Below are positions 1-11,168 of a stretch of 46,240 nt of DNA, one piece after another (within the stretch, counting starts at the first letter, position 1; the number at the start of each line of letters is the position of its first letter). Source of the DNA: Cytophagales bacterium (GTDB lineage Bacteria > Bacteroidota > Bacteroidia > Cytophagales > UBA9547); contig REAG01000119.1 in NCBI GenBank assembly GCA_004294265.1, positions 1 to 46,240 on the forward strand. The letters run 5' to 3'. Under the pieces are notes generated by a model. It saw only the letters and a program-made list of their open reading frames with translations, was not told the origin of the DNA and searched no databases. The translations under genes were made by a program, and so were the position numbers.

Positions 1-339
1 TTAGGGATGTGGTTTTGAAATAAATATTTGTGTTTTAAATTTAAAATGTAGCTATGTGGGCTTTTCTAATTAAGAATACTCAAATCATTTTAACTCATCA
101 TAACTATTTTACTTCAATTTTAAAATTCGTTTAGATAGATAAATTTGCCTTTGATTAACAAAAGGAAATATGTAAAAACCTCAATTCAGATCAATTCTTA
201 ATATTTGGTAGGGTTAGGTTTAAAAATAATATAGTGCTTTTTAGAGTTTTCCTAAAATTATGAAATTTATAAATATATTTATTTTATGTTAACTTTCTTA
301 CTTAATCATTTTGATTTTAAAAATATTAAATTATAATTA

Positions 340-1389
340 ATGCATACATCTTTCAAAAAAATTATAAATTATAGTTTCATTTTGATGTTTTTTTATCAGA
401 TTTCAAAAGCACAAGATTTTAACTTTTCGCAATTTTATAATACTCCTATTATTTTAAATCCAGCCAATTCTGGGCGTATGGATAAAGACGTTAGAATTGG
501 ACTTATTCATAGAAGTGCTTTTAGTACTTATACTAATTCGGCTTTGATGGCGGATATGAATATTTATAATACACCACTTAAAACCGATATGATGGGCGTT
601 GGTTTGTTTGTTTTTAATGATCAACAAGGCAATGGACAAATTTCAAACAATGGTTTTATGCTTTCAGGTGCTGCTCATTATAGTTTAGACGAAGCAAAAA
701 AACACAGACTTTCTATCGGGATTCAAATTGGAATGTCTTTTGCAACCTTAAATTTGGCTGAAGCAAAATTCGCATCAGATTTTGACCAAACCACTAACCA
801 ATTCTCCACTTCAAGCTCAAATAATGGTTCTTACAACAATCCAGGATTAAAATCAAATGGCGGATTGATTTATCAATTAGTTTTAAATCGAAATTTGGAT
901 TTTACCGCAGGTGTAACGGCTTATAACTTAATTCCATCCAAACAAAATTTTGTTGTTAAAACCCAAAGCAATACCCCAATTCGTTTTGGATTTCAGTTAG
1001 GAATGAATTATATGATTAAAAATAAATTTCAAATTTCGCCTGCTGTAAATTTTATGAACCAATCTTCTACAAAAGATTTGATAATGGGCTCTAATTTTTC
1101 TTATTATTTTATTAACGATGTAAAAACCAATAAAAAGGCGGCTTTTACAGTAGGTGTTTGGCATCGTTTGCAAGATGCAATGATAGTTTATGTTGGCGGA
1201 AAATACAATAATTTTCAATTAGGGTTTTCTTACGACTTAACAGTGTCTTCTTTGGCAAAAGCAACTGGGAAAGCACCCGAGTTTGGACGCAATACTGGTA
1301 ATGGAGCTTGGGAGATTTCTCTTTTTTATTCAGGATTTCTAAATAGAGCCATTCCTGACAAAACAACAGTACCTTGTAGAACTTTTTAA
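340..1389 (+). CDS. PorP/SprF family type IX secretion system outer-membrane protein
   Basis: Signal peptide ending SKA|Q, then QDFNFSQFYNTPIILNPANSG (family N-terminal motif), beta-strand pattern, GFSYD and WEISL near the C-terminus. Confidence 0.9.
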   Translation: MHTSFKKIINYSFILMFFYQISKAQDFNFSQFYNTPIILNPANSGRMDKDVRIGLIHRSAFSTYTNSALMADMNIYNTPLKTDMMGVGLFVFNDQQGNGQISNNGFMLSGAAHYSLDEAKKHRLSIGIQIGMSFATLNLAEAKFASDFDQTTNQFSTSSSNNGSYNNPGLKSNGGLIYQLVLNRNLDFTAGVTAYNLIPSKQNFVVKTQSNTPIRFGFQLGMNYMIKNKFQISPAVNFMNQSSTKDLIMGSNFSYYFINDVKTNKKAAFTVGVWHRLQDAMIVYVGGKYNNFQLGFSYDLTVSSLAKATGKAPEFGRNTGNGAWEISLFYSGFLNRAIPDKTTVPCRTF

Positions 1390-1398
1390 GATTATATA

Positions 1399-3708
1399 AT
1401 GAATAAATATTGCAAAACCATACTTATTATTGTTACTTCTTCAGTTAGCATTTTTGCTCAATTGAGAGATATTTCCAAACTTTCTGACGAAAAAAAGCAT
1501 AAAGTTGCTCATAAATTATTAGAAATGAATAGCCCTTATAATTCTATTCCAATTTTAGAAGATTTATTAAAAAAAAATCCTGATTCAAAAAAATATATTT
1601 TCAAACTTGCCGAAGCCTATTTTAAATCACGAAATTATTTGAAAGCTGAAGAATTATATCCAAAATTAGGAGAAAATCCTTCTAAAAATGGAAAAGAAGG
1701 TAGTGTATCAGTAGCATCGTTTCATTATGCAGAATGTTTGAAGTATAATACCAAATATGAAAAAGCAAGAGAACAGTTTGAGAAATTTTCAACAAGTAAT
1801 TTTAGAGAATTAAAAGGTTCTAACCTCAAAGCATTAGCTAAAAATGAAGTTAAATCTTGCGAATACGCTCTTCAAGGCAAAACCAGCGATGTGGAAGTTG
1901 ATTTTTCGCATCTTGGAGATAATGTAAATTCAAATTATACTGATTTTGCTCCTACTTTAAAAGACGATAACACGCTTATATTTGCTTCTATACAAACCGA
2001 TTCAGTTGTTAGTATTCCTTTTGGAGAGTCTCATACGGAACACGTAAAACTTTTTGAAAGTGATTTTGACGGCACGGTTTGGGGCGATGCTAAACCTTTA
2101 AAATCTTTAAATTCTAAAAATGGACACACAGCAAACGGAAGTTTTTCGGCTGATAGAAAAAGATTTTACTTTAATATTTGTAAAAATAAAGTCGATAATA
2201 AAGTAGAATGTAAAATATATGTAACTAAACAAGACAGTTTAGGTGCGTTTTCAAAACCAGAAAAACTTACTGGTGGCATTAATGAAAACGGTTTTACAAG
2301 TACGCAACCTGTAGTTGGAACTAAATTTATAAAATCTAAAAAAAATGATAAATCTAAGGCAAAAGCTAATGAAACAAAAGAAGAAGTTTTGTTTTTTGTT
2401 TCGGATAGAAAAGGAACTTTGGGCGGGTTAGATATTTGGTATTCTACTATCAGCAATGAAGGCGAGATAGGAGAACCTGTTAATTGTGGTAAAAATATTA
2501 ATTCAATAAGAGATGAAATAACGCCTTATTATGATACGGACGGAGGTTTTCTGTATTTTAGTTCAAATTTCCATCCTGGTTTTGGTGGCTTTGATGTTTT
2601 TAAAAGTAAGGGTTGGAACACAAAGTGGAAAATTGCCGAAAACCTTAAAAAACCTGTAAATTCAAATTTCGATGAAACTTATTATACTTTGCTGCCCGAA
2701 AATAAATTAGAAGGATTTTTAGTTTCAAACCGAACAGGTGGTTATGGTTTGTTACATCCAAATTGTTGCGATGATATTTGGCAATTTAATTATAAAAAAC
2801 CAACTATATTACTTGTAAATGCTATTGACAGCCTTTCAAATGCTGAAATTTCGGATGTTTTACTTTTGCAATCTGCTAAATATGAGGTTTTTAATGATAG
2901 CAGTTCTAAGGATTCTGATGGTAATTTAGATTTTGATACATTGGCTATTTCTGATGACAAACATTTTCTCAAAGTAATAGGCGTAAAAGAAAATTTTGAA
3001 AATTATTACATTTTAGGTTCTAAAGAAAAAGTAAATATTTCAGTTATAAAAGAAGGCTATAATTATGCAAAATCGGTGGTTTACACAGATAGTATTTCTA
3101 TGCCAAAAAGTTTTAAAAGCGAAATTGGAACTGCATCAAGTGAAATTAATGCTAATATTATAAAAGTTAATATGCTTTTGACTCGTGGTAATAGAAAAAT
3201 GTTTGTGCCTCAACCTGAAATAATTGAGAAAAAAGATACTGTTAAAATAGCATCAACTTTGAAAGAGCAATTTACAAATGCCATTATTAACGAACCAAGA
3301 ACGGATGTTTATGTAGAGGATACAACTAAGAAAAAGGTAATTGAAGAAATTGATTTTACTGTCAACCTTACTTTTGAATATAAATCTATTGAGCTTACAG
3401 GAAAAAATAAACTTACTTTGGATAGTTTGGTGTCTATTATGACTAAAAATCCTAAAATTGCTTTATCCTTAACCACACATACCGATGGAATTGGTAGCGA
3501 AGCATATAATCAAGAATTATCTCAAAAAAGAGCTAATTTTATCGCTAATTATATCAATAAAAGCGGGATTCCAAGGCAAAGAATTGTTTCTTCAACTGGA
3601 GTAGGAGAGAGTAAACCATTGTTTTCGGAAACTACGCCAGAAGGCGAGGATGATATAGATGCTAGAGCAAAAAACAGGCGTACTGAAATTAGGTTTTTCA
3701 AAATGTGA
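1399..3708 (+). CDS. TPR + PD40 repeats + C-terminal OmpA domain protein (PorE-like)
   Basis: N-terminal TPR-like helices; PD40-type motifs (DFAPTL, FFVSDRKGTLGGLDIW, YFSSNFHPGFGGFDVF); OmpA_C motifs HTDGIGSEAYNQELSQKRA and NRRTEI; directly follows the PorP gene. Confidence 0.85.
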   Translation: MNKYCKTILIIVTSSVSIFAQLRDISKLSDEKKHKVAHKLLEMNSPYNSIPILEDLLKKNPDSKKYIFKLAEAYFKSRNYLKAEELYPKLGENPSKNGKEGSVSVASFHYAECLKYNTKYEKAREQFEKFSTSNFRELKGSNLKALAKNEVKSCEYALQGKTSDVEVDFSHLGDNVNSNYTDFAPTLKDDNTLIFASIQTDSVVSIPFGESHTEHVKLFESDFDGTVWGDAKPLKSLNSKNGHTANGSFSADRKRFYFNICKNKVDNKVECKIYVTKQDSLGAFSKPEKLTGGINENGFTSTQPVVGTKFIKSKKNDKSKAKANETKEEVLFFVSDRKGTLGGLDIWYSTISNEGEIGEPVNCGKNINSIRDEITPYYDTDGGFLYFSSNFHPGFGGFDVFKSKGWNTKWKIAENLKKPVNSNFDETYYTLLPENKLEGFLVSNRTGGYGLLHPNCCDDIWQFNYKKPTILLVNAIDSLSNAEISDVLLLQSAKYEVFNDSSSKDSDGNLDFDTLAISDDKHFLKVIGVKENFENYYILGSKEKVNISVIKEGYNYAKSVVYTDSISMPKSFKSEIGTASSEINANIIKVNMLLTRGNRKMFVPQPEIIEKKDTVKIASTLKEQFTNAIINEPRTDVYVEDTTKKKVIEEIDFTVNLTFEYKSIELTGKNKLTLDSLVSIMTKNPKIALSLTTHTDGIGSEAYNQELSQKRANFIANYINKSGIPRQRIVSSTGVGESKPLFSETTPEGEDDIDARAKNRRTEIRFFKM

Positions 3709-5021
3709 TATTAATTACTTGATTTAATATAAATGTTTTGTTTTTTTATATTATAACAGAATGTATAAAATAATAGCTTTGTTTTATTAAAATGATACCA
3801 AAATAACACCTCAATACTAATAAAGTCTATCTATTTGTATTCTGTAGTAGAGTAAATTAAATTAGTTTTTGTGGCTTTTAAAAATATAATTGTCCCTTTT
3901 TGGTGTTACCTAAAGATTATACTATATTTATTTTTTAGGTTAATGATTGTTATTTTCATAAACAAAATTGCTTCTATTTTTGAAGTTATGACCAATTAAT
4001 TCAATAGAATAACCTACATAGATACATATTATATAAATTACAATAAATAATTACAAATTCCTTTTAAACTTTTCCCCATTGAGGAAATAAGAAAGGGGTT
4101 TTCTAAAAATTTAATTGTAAATATTTAATGGACTCAATATAAAGGTAATATACAAATATTTATTTCATAACCTCAATACTACCTTTTCTTAGGGGGAAAC
4201 GAACTCAAAAAAAAGTGTTTTTTGAGTATTTGGTAATTAAATGTGCTATTCAATAATTCAAAATATGAGTAATAAATCGCATTATAATTGTCATTTTTTT
4301 AATACAAATTTTAAAAAATCATAATCCCATTTTTTCAAATTATCTCAAAGGTTTTTTATTTCTTTCATTAAAGTATCCAATTTAGTTTCTAATTTAGTTT
4401 CTAATTCTTTTAACTAACAAATCAGTCAATTATTCAATATCAACATGTGTGCCACAACTTAGATATAGTTTTTGATAATCAGTTCAATTTATTGTACTTT
4501 TTACAAAAAAGTAATATTTTATAAAAGGAACTCCTAAAAACAACAATTCCATTGAAGCCCTCCCACTTGGATTCTGCGGTTTCGTAACAGAAATTTGTTT
4601 GAGTGGGGTTTTTTAAAATAATATTGGGGTTTTTAGAGGTTCACTAAAATCTAAATAGAAAATATTTTAAACGTAACATATTTTTAATTTACAATAATAG
4701 AAAGTTGAATTTGAGATTCATAAGATTCATTTATGAACTCTTTAAGCCTCAATTTTAATAAACTCCTTCCACTTAGATTTTAGACATAGTAACTCAAAAT
4801 ACAATAAATTTTTAAAATCTTTGTTTTTTCTATTTTTTCAATAATTTAAGGTTTTTAACAATATAAAAATTTCAATATAAAAATATTGATTTGTGATATG
4901 TCAAATAGAAAACAGTAATTATATTTTTTTAGGCTTTTAAAAATAATATTGGGTTTTTAAATGTTCTTTTATTTAAATTCACTTTAAGAAAAATATGGTA
5001 TTGAAGTGTGTTTTTTTCAAA

Positions 5022-5062
5022 AAGATGTTTTTTTTAAAAATATTTTTTAAAAAAAACATCTT
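5022..5062. repeat. Perfect 19-bp inverted repeat with 3-nt loop
   Basis: AAGATGTTTTTTTTAAAAA-TAT-TTTTTAAAAAAAACATCTT read directly; function unknown. Confidence 0.8.
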
Positions 5063-5127
5063 AAATCCAACTTTTAAGCCCATTTTTATTTTTATTTTAA
5101 AATTTATTAAAAAGATTAGTAAATAGA

Positions 5128-5158
5128 TTTGTGAATGTTAAAAATCTTTGTACCTTTG
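5128..5158 (+). promoter_or_regulatory. Bacteroidota housekeeping promoter for the rplC operon
   Basis: TTTG (5128-5131), 19-nt spacer, TACCTTTG (5151-5158): matches the -33/-7 TTTG/TAnnTTTG consensus, 38 nt before the rplC ATG. Confidence 0.85.
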
Positions 5159-5196
5159 CAATCCGTTTTCAGAAACCGTGCTAAAAGCACAAAAAG

Positions 5197-5817
5197 ATGT
5201 TAGGTATAATAGGAAAAAAAATAGGAATGACAAGTTTTTACAACGCAGAGGATGCTAAGTCAATAGCATGTACTGTTGTTGAAGCTGGACCATGTGTAGT
5301 AACTCAAATCAAATCTAAAGATTCTGATGGTTATAATGCAATTCAAATGGGTTTCGGTAAAGCTAAAGAAAAAAACATGACCGCTCCTCTTAAAGGTCAT
5401 TTGAAAAAAGCAGATGCAACTTCTTCTACATTAGTAGAATTTAAAGATGTAAATGGTTCTTTCAAATTAGGTCAAGTATTATCTGTTACAGATGTATTTG
5501 TTGAGGGAGATTCATGCAAAGCTATTGGAACTTCTAAAGGTAAAGGTTTTCAAGGAGTTGTTAAAAGATATAATTTTGGTGGCGTTGGTGGTCAAACACA
5601 CGGTCAGCATAACAGATTGCGTCATCCAGGTTCGATTGGAGCTTGTTCTTTTCCATCTAGGGTTTTCCCAGGTATGAGAATGGGTGGTCGAATGGGTTCA
5701 GACAGAGTTAAGGTTCAAAACTTGAAAATAGTCAAAATATTTTCTGACAAAAATATTGTTTTGATAAGTGGCTCAATTCCAGGTTCTAATAATTCAATTG
5801 TTTATTTAGAAAAATAA
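5197..5817 (+). CDS. rplC: 50S ribosomal protein L3
   Basis: GIIGKKIGMT, SKGKGFQGVVKR, PGSIG motifs; operon position. Confidence 0.99.
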   Translation: MLGIIGKKIGMTSFYNAEDAKSIACTVVEAGPCVVTQIKSKDSDGYNAIQMGFGKAKEKNMTAPLKGHLKKADATSSTLVEFKDVNGSFKLGQVLSVTDVFVEGDSCKAIGTSKGKGFQGVVKRYNFGGVGGQTHGQHNRLRHPGSIGACSFPSRVFPGMRMGGRMGSDRVKVQNLKIVKIFSDKNIVLISGSIPGSNNSIVYLEK

Positions 5818-5818
5818 T

Positions 5819-6439
5819 ATGCAATTAAGCGTTTATAATTTACAAGGTAAAGATACAGGAAAGAAAGTTACACTTTCTGATGATGTATTTGCAATTCAAC
5901 CAAATGAACATACAGTTTATTTAGATGTTAAACAGTATTTGGCTAATCAACGTCAAGGTACACACAAAACTAAAGAACGATGGGAAGTTTCTTATTCAAC
6001 TAAAAAGTTGATGAAACAAAAAGGTACAGGCGGTGCAAGACATGGAAGTAGGAAAGCTAATATTTTTGTAGGTGGTGCTCGTACTTTCGGTCCACAACCA
6101 AGAGATTATTCATTTTCATTGAATAAAAAAGTTAAATCATTAGCAAGAAAATCAGTTCTTTCTTCCAAATTAAAAGATAATCTTTTGAAAGTTGTTGAAG
6201 ATTTTTCTTTTGATGCTCCTAAAACAAAAAGTTATACATCTTTTTTGACAGCCTTTCAATTAGAAAATAAAAAATCATTGCTTTTACTTGGTAATGCTAA
6301 CTTAAATGTTTCGCTCTCTGGTAGAAATATACCAAATGCGAAAGTTACTACAGCTTTGTCAGTAAATACTTATGATTTGATAAATAGTGATGTAGTATTG
6401 GTATCTGAATCGGCTATTAAAATTTTAAACGAGAAATAA
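5819..6439 (+). CDS. rplD: 50S ribosomal protein L4
   Basis: RQGTHKTK, QKGTGGARHGS motifs. Confidence 0.99.
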   Translation: MQLSVYNLQGKDTGKKVTLSDDVFAIQPNEHTVYLDVKQYLANQRQGTHKTKERWEVSYSTKKLMKQKGTGGARHGSRKANIFVGGARTFGPQPRDYSFSLNKKVKSLARKSVLSSKLKDNLLKVVEDFSFDAPKTKSYTSFLTAFQLENKKSLLLLGNANLNVSLSGRNIPNAKVTTALSVNTYDLINSDVVLVSESAIKILNEK

Positions 6440-6440
6440 A

Positions 6441-6728
6441 ATGGATATTTTAATAAAACCACTCGTAACTGAAAAAGTTAACGCCACAACAGAGAAAGGT
6501 ATTTACAGTTTTATAGTTGATAAATCAGCCAATAAAGTTGAAATAAAAAAAGCAATTGAGAAAACGTATAGTGTAAATGTTGAATCAGTAAATACACTAA
6601 TTACTTCTTCAAAGTCAAAAAGTAAATTCACTAAAAAAGGATTTACTCAAGGTAAAAGTAAACAAATAAAAAAGGCATTTATAAAAGTAGCTAAAGGCGA
6701 AGTTATAGATTTCTATTCAGGTATATAG
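6441..6728 (+). CDS. rplW: 50S ribosomal protein L23
   Basis: [19 protein letters not shown] motifs; synteny. Confidence 0.98.
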   Translation: MDILIKPLVTEKVNATTEKGIYSFIVDKSANKVEIKKAIEKTYSVNVESVNTLITSSKSKSKFTKKGFTQGKSKQIKKAFIKVAKGEVIDFYSGI

Positions 6729-6730
6729 TT

Positions 6731-7555
6731 ATGGCAGTAAAAAAATTAAGACCTACTACACCAGGTCAAAGACATAGAATTGCACCAGTTTTTGATGAAA
6801 TAACTTCTTCAAAACCTGAAAAATCTTTGATGATTCCTATTTCCAAAACTGGAGGTAGAAATAGTCAAGGTCACATGACTGTAAGATATATAGGTGGTGG
6901 ACACAAAAAACAATATCGTATTATTGATTTTAATAGAGATAAGCATGGAATTGCTGCTACCGTTAAAACAATTGAATATGACCCAAATCGTACGGCAAGA
7001 ATAGCTTTATTGCAATATACGGATGGAGAAAAAAGATATATTTTAGCTCCAAAAGGATTAAAAGTTGGACAATCATTACTATCAGGTACTGGTTCTCCTC
7101 CCGAAGTAGGTAATGCATTAACATTATCTGAAATTCCTTTAGGTTCTCAAATTCACAATGTAGAGTTAAAACCAGGTAAAGGTGGAGCTTTGGTAAGAAG
7201 TGCAGGCGTTTCTGCTCAACTTTTAGCTAAAGATGGAAGATATGTTACTGTTAAATTGCCATCAGGTGAAATGAGATTAATTCTCTCTAATTGTATGGCA
7301 ACTGTTGGTTCGATTTCAAATGATGAACATATCAATTTGAAAGTTGGAAAAGCAGGTAGAAATAGATGGTTAGGTATTCGACCAAGAAATAGAGGTGTTG
7401 TAATGAATCCTGTTGATCATCCAATGGGTGGTGGTGAAGGTAGAGCTTCTGGAGGTCATCCACGTTCGAGAAATGGATTGTATGCTAAAGGTAAGAAAAC
7501 TCGAAATAGAAATAAGTACTCGTCAGATTTAATCATTAGCAGAAGAACTAAATAA
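6731..7555 (+). CDS. rplB: 50S ribosomal protein L2
   Basis: [26 protein letters not shown] motifs. Confidence 0.99.
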   Translation: MAVKKLRPTTPGQRHRIAPVFDEITSSKPEKSLMIPISKTGGRNSQGHMTVRYIGGGHKKQYRIIDFNRDKHGIAATVKTIEYDPNRTARIALLQYTDGEKRYILAPKGLKVGQSLLSGTGSPPEVGNALTLSEIPLGSQIHNVELKPGKGGALVRSAGVSAQLLAKDGRYVTVKLPSGEMRLILSNCMATVGSISNDEHINLKVGKAGRNRWLGIRPRNRGVVMNPVDHPMGGGEGRASGGHPRSRNGLYAKGKKTRNRNKYSSDLIISRRTK

Positions 7556-7821
7556 TGTCACGTTCACTAAAAAAAGGTCCTTATATTGATTTTAGATTAT
7601 CGAATAAGGTAGATAAATTGTCTCAATCAGGCAAAAAAACGGTTGTTAAAACTTGGTCTCGTAGATCAATGATTTCGCCCGATTTTGTAGGTCATACAAT
7701 AGCAGTACATAATGGTAATAAGTTTATTCCAGTATTTTGTACAGAAAATATGGTTGGTCATAAATTAGGTGAGTTTTCTCCTACCAGAAATTTTAGAGGT
7801 CACGCTGCTAAGAAAAAATAG
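7555..7821 (+). CDS. rpsS: 30S ribosomal protein S19
   Basis: [27 protein letters not shown] motifs. Confidence 0.99.
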   Translation: MSRSLKKGPYIDFRLSNKVDKLSQSGKKTVVKTWSRRSMISPDFVGHTIAVHNGNKFIPVFCTENMVGHKLGEFSPTRNFRGHAAKKK

Positions 7822-7834
7822 ATAAGAAATAAAG

Positions 7835-8212
7835 ATGGAAGCAAAAGCTATATTAAAAAATGTTCCTACATCACCTCAGAAAATGAGGTTAGTAGTAGAT
7901 TTAGTGAGAGGAAAAAGTGTAAACTATTCTTTGGCAGTATTAAAATTTCAGTCAAAAGTAGGTGCAGCTTATCTTCATAAATTATTATTATCTGCAACCT
8001 CAAATTGGCAACAAGCAAATCCTGAATCAAGGATTGAAGAAGCTGATTTGTACATAAAAACTGTCTTTGTAGATGGTGGTCGTATGTTAAAAAGAATGAG
8101 ACCAGCTCCACAAGGAAGAGGTTACAGAGTAAGAAAAAGATCAAATCACATTACTTTAGTAGTGGATAGCAAAGTAAAAGCAGTTGTTGAAAATAATATA
8201 TCAGAAAATTAA
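7835..8212 (+). CDS. rplV: 50S ribosomal protein L22
   Basis: [29 protein letters not shown] motifs. Confidence 0.99.
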   Translation: MEAKAILKNVPTSPQKMRLVVDLVRGKSVNYSLAVLKFQSKVGAAYLHKLLLSATSNWQQANPESRIEEADLYIKTVFVDGGRMLKRMRPAPQGRGYRVRKRSNHITLVVDSKVKAVVENNISEN

Positions 8213-8221
8213 CATATAGAA

Positions 8222-9025
8222 ATGGGAACAAAAACCAACCCTGTAGGTATAAGATTAGGAGTAGTTAAAGGATGGGATTCTAATTGGTATGGAGGAAAAA
8301 CTTTTGCAGAAAAGTTAATTGAAGACGAAAAAATTAGAAGTTATATAAATCTTCGTATACCTAAAGCTGGTATTTCAAAAATCATAGTTGAACGTACTAT
8401 TAAAAGAATTATTTTAACAATCAATACTTCTAAACCTGGCGTAGTAATCGGAAAAGGTGGTGGAGAAGTTGATAAAGTAAAAGAAGAATTAAAGAAAATA
8501 ACTGATAAGGATGTTCAAATAAATATATTTGAAGTTAAACGTCCTGAGTTAGATGCTAAGTTAGTAGGCGAGTCTATTGCTCAGCAAATTCAAGGTCGTG
8601 TTTCTTACAAAAGAGCCATGAAACAAGCGATTTCTGCGGCAATGAGAGTTGGTTCGCAAGGAATAAAAATAAAAGTTTCTGGTCGTTTAGCAGGAGCTGA
8701 AATGGCAAGATCTGAATCATACAGAGAGGGAAGAGTACCATTACATACTTTAAGAGCAGATATTGATTATGCTATCAGCGAATCACTTACTGTTTATGGT
8801 AAAATTGGTATTAAAGTTTGGATATTCAAAGGTGAAGTTTTTGGAAAAAGAGATTTATCTCCAAATGCAGGAATGACAAGTACTGGTTCATCAGATAATC
8901 AAAATTCTCAAAGAAGAGATTCAAAATCAGATAGAGGTGATCGAAACGAAAGAGGAAACGTTAAAGGTGGAGATAGAAAACAAAGAAGCGAAAAACCTTC
9001 TGATCAACGTAGAAATAAAAGATAA
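8222..9025 (+). CDS. rpsC: 30S ribosomal protein S3
   Basis: [32 protein letters not shown] motifs; charged C-terminal tail. Confidence 0.99.
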   Translation: MGTKTNPVGIRLGVVKGWDSNWYGGKTFAEKLIEDEKIRSYINLRIPKAGISKIIVERTIKRIILTINTSKPGVVIGKGGGEVDKVKEELKKITDKDVQINIFEVKRPELDAKLVGESIAQQIQGRVSYKRAMKQAISAAMRVGSQGIKIKVSGRLAGAEMARSESYREGRVPLHTLRADIDYAISESLTVYGKIGIKVWIFKGEVFGKRDLSPNAGMTSTGSSDNQNSQRRDSKSDRGDRNERGNVKGGDRKQRSEKPSDQRRNKR

Positions 9026-9038
9026 TTGAATAACTATC

Positions 9039-9458
9039 ATGTTACAACCAAAGAAAACCACATTTAGAAAACAGCAAAAAGGTAGAATTAAAGGAATCGC
9101 TACTCGTGGTGCTGAAATTAATTTTGGAGAATTTGCTCTAAAAACTCTTGAACCAGGTTTTATTACTTCAAGGCAATTAGAAGCAGCTCGTGTTGCACTT
9201 TCTAGAGGCATGAAAAGAGAGGGTTCTATGTGGATAAGAATATTTCCTGATAAACCTATGACAAAAAAACCTGCAGAGGTTCGTATGGGAAAGGGTAAAG
9301 GAGCTCCTGAATATTGGGTAGCACCTATAAAACCTGGAAATATCATTTTTGAAGCTGGTGGTATTTCAAAGGAATTGGCTGATAGTGCTTTGAAATTAGC
9401 AGCACAAAAATTACCATTAAAAGTTAAATTTATTACAAAGTACGATTTCGTTGCTTAA
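9039..9458 (+). CDS. rplP: 50S ribosomal protein L16
   Basis: [22 protein letters not shown] motifs. Confidence 0.99.
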   Translation: MLQPKKTTFRKQQKGRIKGIATRGAEINFGEFALKTLEPGFITSRQLEAARVALSRGMKREGSMWIRIFPDKPMTKKPAEVRMGKGKGAPEYWVAPIKPGNIIFEAGGISKELADSALKLAAQKLPLKVKFITKYDFVA

Positions 9459-9462
9459 TAAC

Positions 9463-9654
9463 ATGAAATATAATGATATAGAAAAATTATCTGACTTAGA
9501 GTTGGGTAGTTCATTGATACAGGAAAAAGAGGTATTAACAAAATTGAAATTTGCACATGCAATTTCACCAATAGAAAATCCTATGAAGATATATTCAGCC
9601 CGTAAATTAGTTGCTCAGTTAAGTACAGAAATTTCAAAGAGATTAAATAAATAA
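9463..9654 (+). CDS. rpmC: 50S ribosomal protein L29
   Basis: [13 protein letters not shown] motif between rplP and rpsQ; ATG at 9463 preferred over the TTG at 9451, which overlaps rplP. Confidence 0.95.
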   Translation: MKYNDIEKLSDLELGSSLIQEKEVLTKLKFAHAISPIENPMKIYSARKLVAQLSTEISKRLNK

Positions 9655-9658
9655 TATC

Positions 9659-9916
9659 ATGGAAGACAGAAATCTGAGAAAATTAAGAACTGGCAAAGTA
9701 GTAAGCAACAAAATGGAAAAGTCTGTTGTTGTTTCTATTGAACGTAAAATAAAGCATGGAAAGTACGGTAAATTTATTAAGCGTACAAAAAAATTAGTTG
9801 CTCATGATGAAAATAATGAGTGTGGAATAGGTGATACTGTTTCTGTAATGGAAACTCGTCCTTTGAGTAAGACAAAACGCTGGAGATTAATTCAAATAGT
9901 AGAAAAAGCTAAATAA
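9659..9916 (+). CDS. rpsQ: 30S ribosomal protein S17
   Basis: [27 protein letters not shown] motifs. Confidence 0.99.
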   Translation: MEDRNLRKLRTGKVVSNKMEKSVVVSIERKIKHGKYGKFIKRTKKLVAHDENNECGIGDTVSVMETRPLSKTKRWRLIQIVEKAK

Positions 9917-9918
9917 TA

Positions 9919-10287
9919 ATGATACAACAAGAATCTAGATTAAGTGTAGCTGATAATAGCGGAGCAAAAGAAGTACTATGTATCAGAGTATTGGGTGGTA
10001 CTAGAAAAAGATATGCTTCAATTGGAGATAAAATAGTTGTTACTGTTAAGTCCTCATTATCGTCAAGCAGTATGAAAAAAGGTACAGTTTCTAAAGCTGT
10101 TATTGTTCGTACTAAAAAAGAAATTCGTAGAAAAGATGGTACATACATTAGATTTGATGATAATGCTGCTGTATTGTTAAATGCTTCTGACGAACCTCGT
10201 GGAACAAGGATTTTCGGTCCAGTCGCACGTGAGTTAAGAGAAAAGCAGTTTATGAAAATTGTATCTTTAGCACCTGAAGTTCTTTAA
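9919..10287 (+). CDS. rplN: 50S ribosomal protein L14
   Basis: [28 protein letters not shown] motifs. Confidence 0.99.
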   Translation: MIQQESRLSVADNSGAKEVLCIRVLGGTRKRYASIGDKIVVTVKSSLSSSSMKKGTVSKAVIVRTKKEIRRKDGTYIRFDDNAAVLLNASDEPRGTRIFGPVARELREKQFMKIVSLAPEVL

Positions 10288-10297
10288 ATTTAATAAA

Positions 10298-10612
10298 ATG
10301 TCTAAGTTAAATATAAAAAAAGGCGATAAAGTAAAAGTTATTGCAGGAAATAGTAGAGGTAAAGTATCAGTAGTTACATCTGTATTACCTAATGAAAATA
10401 AGATTATTGTAGAAGGTGTTGGAGTAGTTTCAAAGCATAACAAGCCTACCTCAAATAATCCTAATGGAGAAATTGTAAAGAAAGAGATGCCTATTGACAT
10501 TAGTAATGTTATGTTGCTAGATCAAAAAGGTAATACTACTAGAATTGGTAGAAGAGAAAATAAAAACGGTGTAACCGAAAGATATAGTGTTAATACAGGT
10601 AATGTAATTTAA
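10298..10612 (+). CDS. rplX: 50S ribosomal protein L24
   Basis: KOW motif [12 protein letters not shown]; [10 protein letters not shown]. Confidence 0.98.
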   Translation: MSKLNIKKGDKVKVIAGNSRGKVSVVTSVLPNENKIIVEGVGVVSKHNKPTSNNPNGEIVKKEMPIDISNVMLLDQKGNTTRIGRRENKNGVTERYSVNTGNVI

Positions 10613-10613
10613 G

Positions 10614-11168
10614 ATGGCTATTCCAAGATTTAAAGATTTATATTTAAAAAATGTTGTACCTGCTTTGCAAACAAAGTTTGGCTACAAATCAGTAATGCAA
10701 ATTCCAAAGCTATCTAAGATAGTATTAAATAAAGGTATAGGTGCAGCTGTTGCAGATAAAAAATTAGTTGATATTGGTGTTGATGAGTTAACTCAAATTA
10801 CTGGTCAAAAAGCAATAGCTACAAAATCTAAAAAAGCTATTTCCAATTTTAAATTACGAGAAGACTTACCAATTGGTGCTAAAGTTACTTTAAGAGGTGA
10901 TCGCATGTACGAGTTTATGGACCGTTTAACTACAATTTCATTACCACGTGTACGTGATTTTAAGGGAGTTAATGACAAAGGTTTTGACGGAAGAGGTAAC
11001 TATACTTTAGGAGTTAAAGAACAAATTATCTTTCCTGAAATCAGTATTGATAAAATTCAAAAAATATCAGGTATGGATATTACTTTCGTAACGTCTGCAA
11101 AAACAGATGAGGAAAGTTTAGAATTATTAAAATTATTTGGATTTCCATTTGCTAATCAAAAGAAATAA
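10614..11168 (+). CDS. rplE: 50S ribosomal protein L5
   Basis: [24 protein letters not shown] motifs. Confidence 0.99.
   Translation: MAIPRFKDLYLKNVVPALQTKFGYKSVMQIPKLSKIVLNKGIGAAVADKKLVDIGVDELTQITGQKAIATKSKKAISNFKLREDLPIGAKVTLRGDRMYEFMDRLTTISLPRVRDFKGVNDKGFDGRGNYTLGVKEQIIFPEISIDKIQKISGMDITFVTSAKTDEESLELLKLFGFPFANQKK

Noticed and set aside
4129-4143. 15-nt match TGGACTCAATATAAA with the minus strand of 26500-26514
   Set aside because: A single AT-rich 15-mer match is plausible by chance in this window
3709-5196. Replication origin
   Set aside because: AT-rich, but I found no cluster of TTATCCACA-like DnaA boxes and no origin-associated genes nearby
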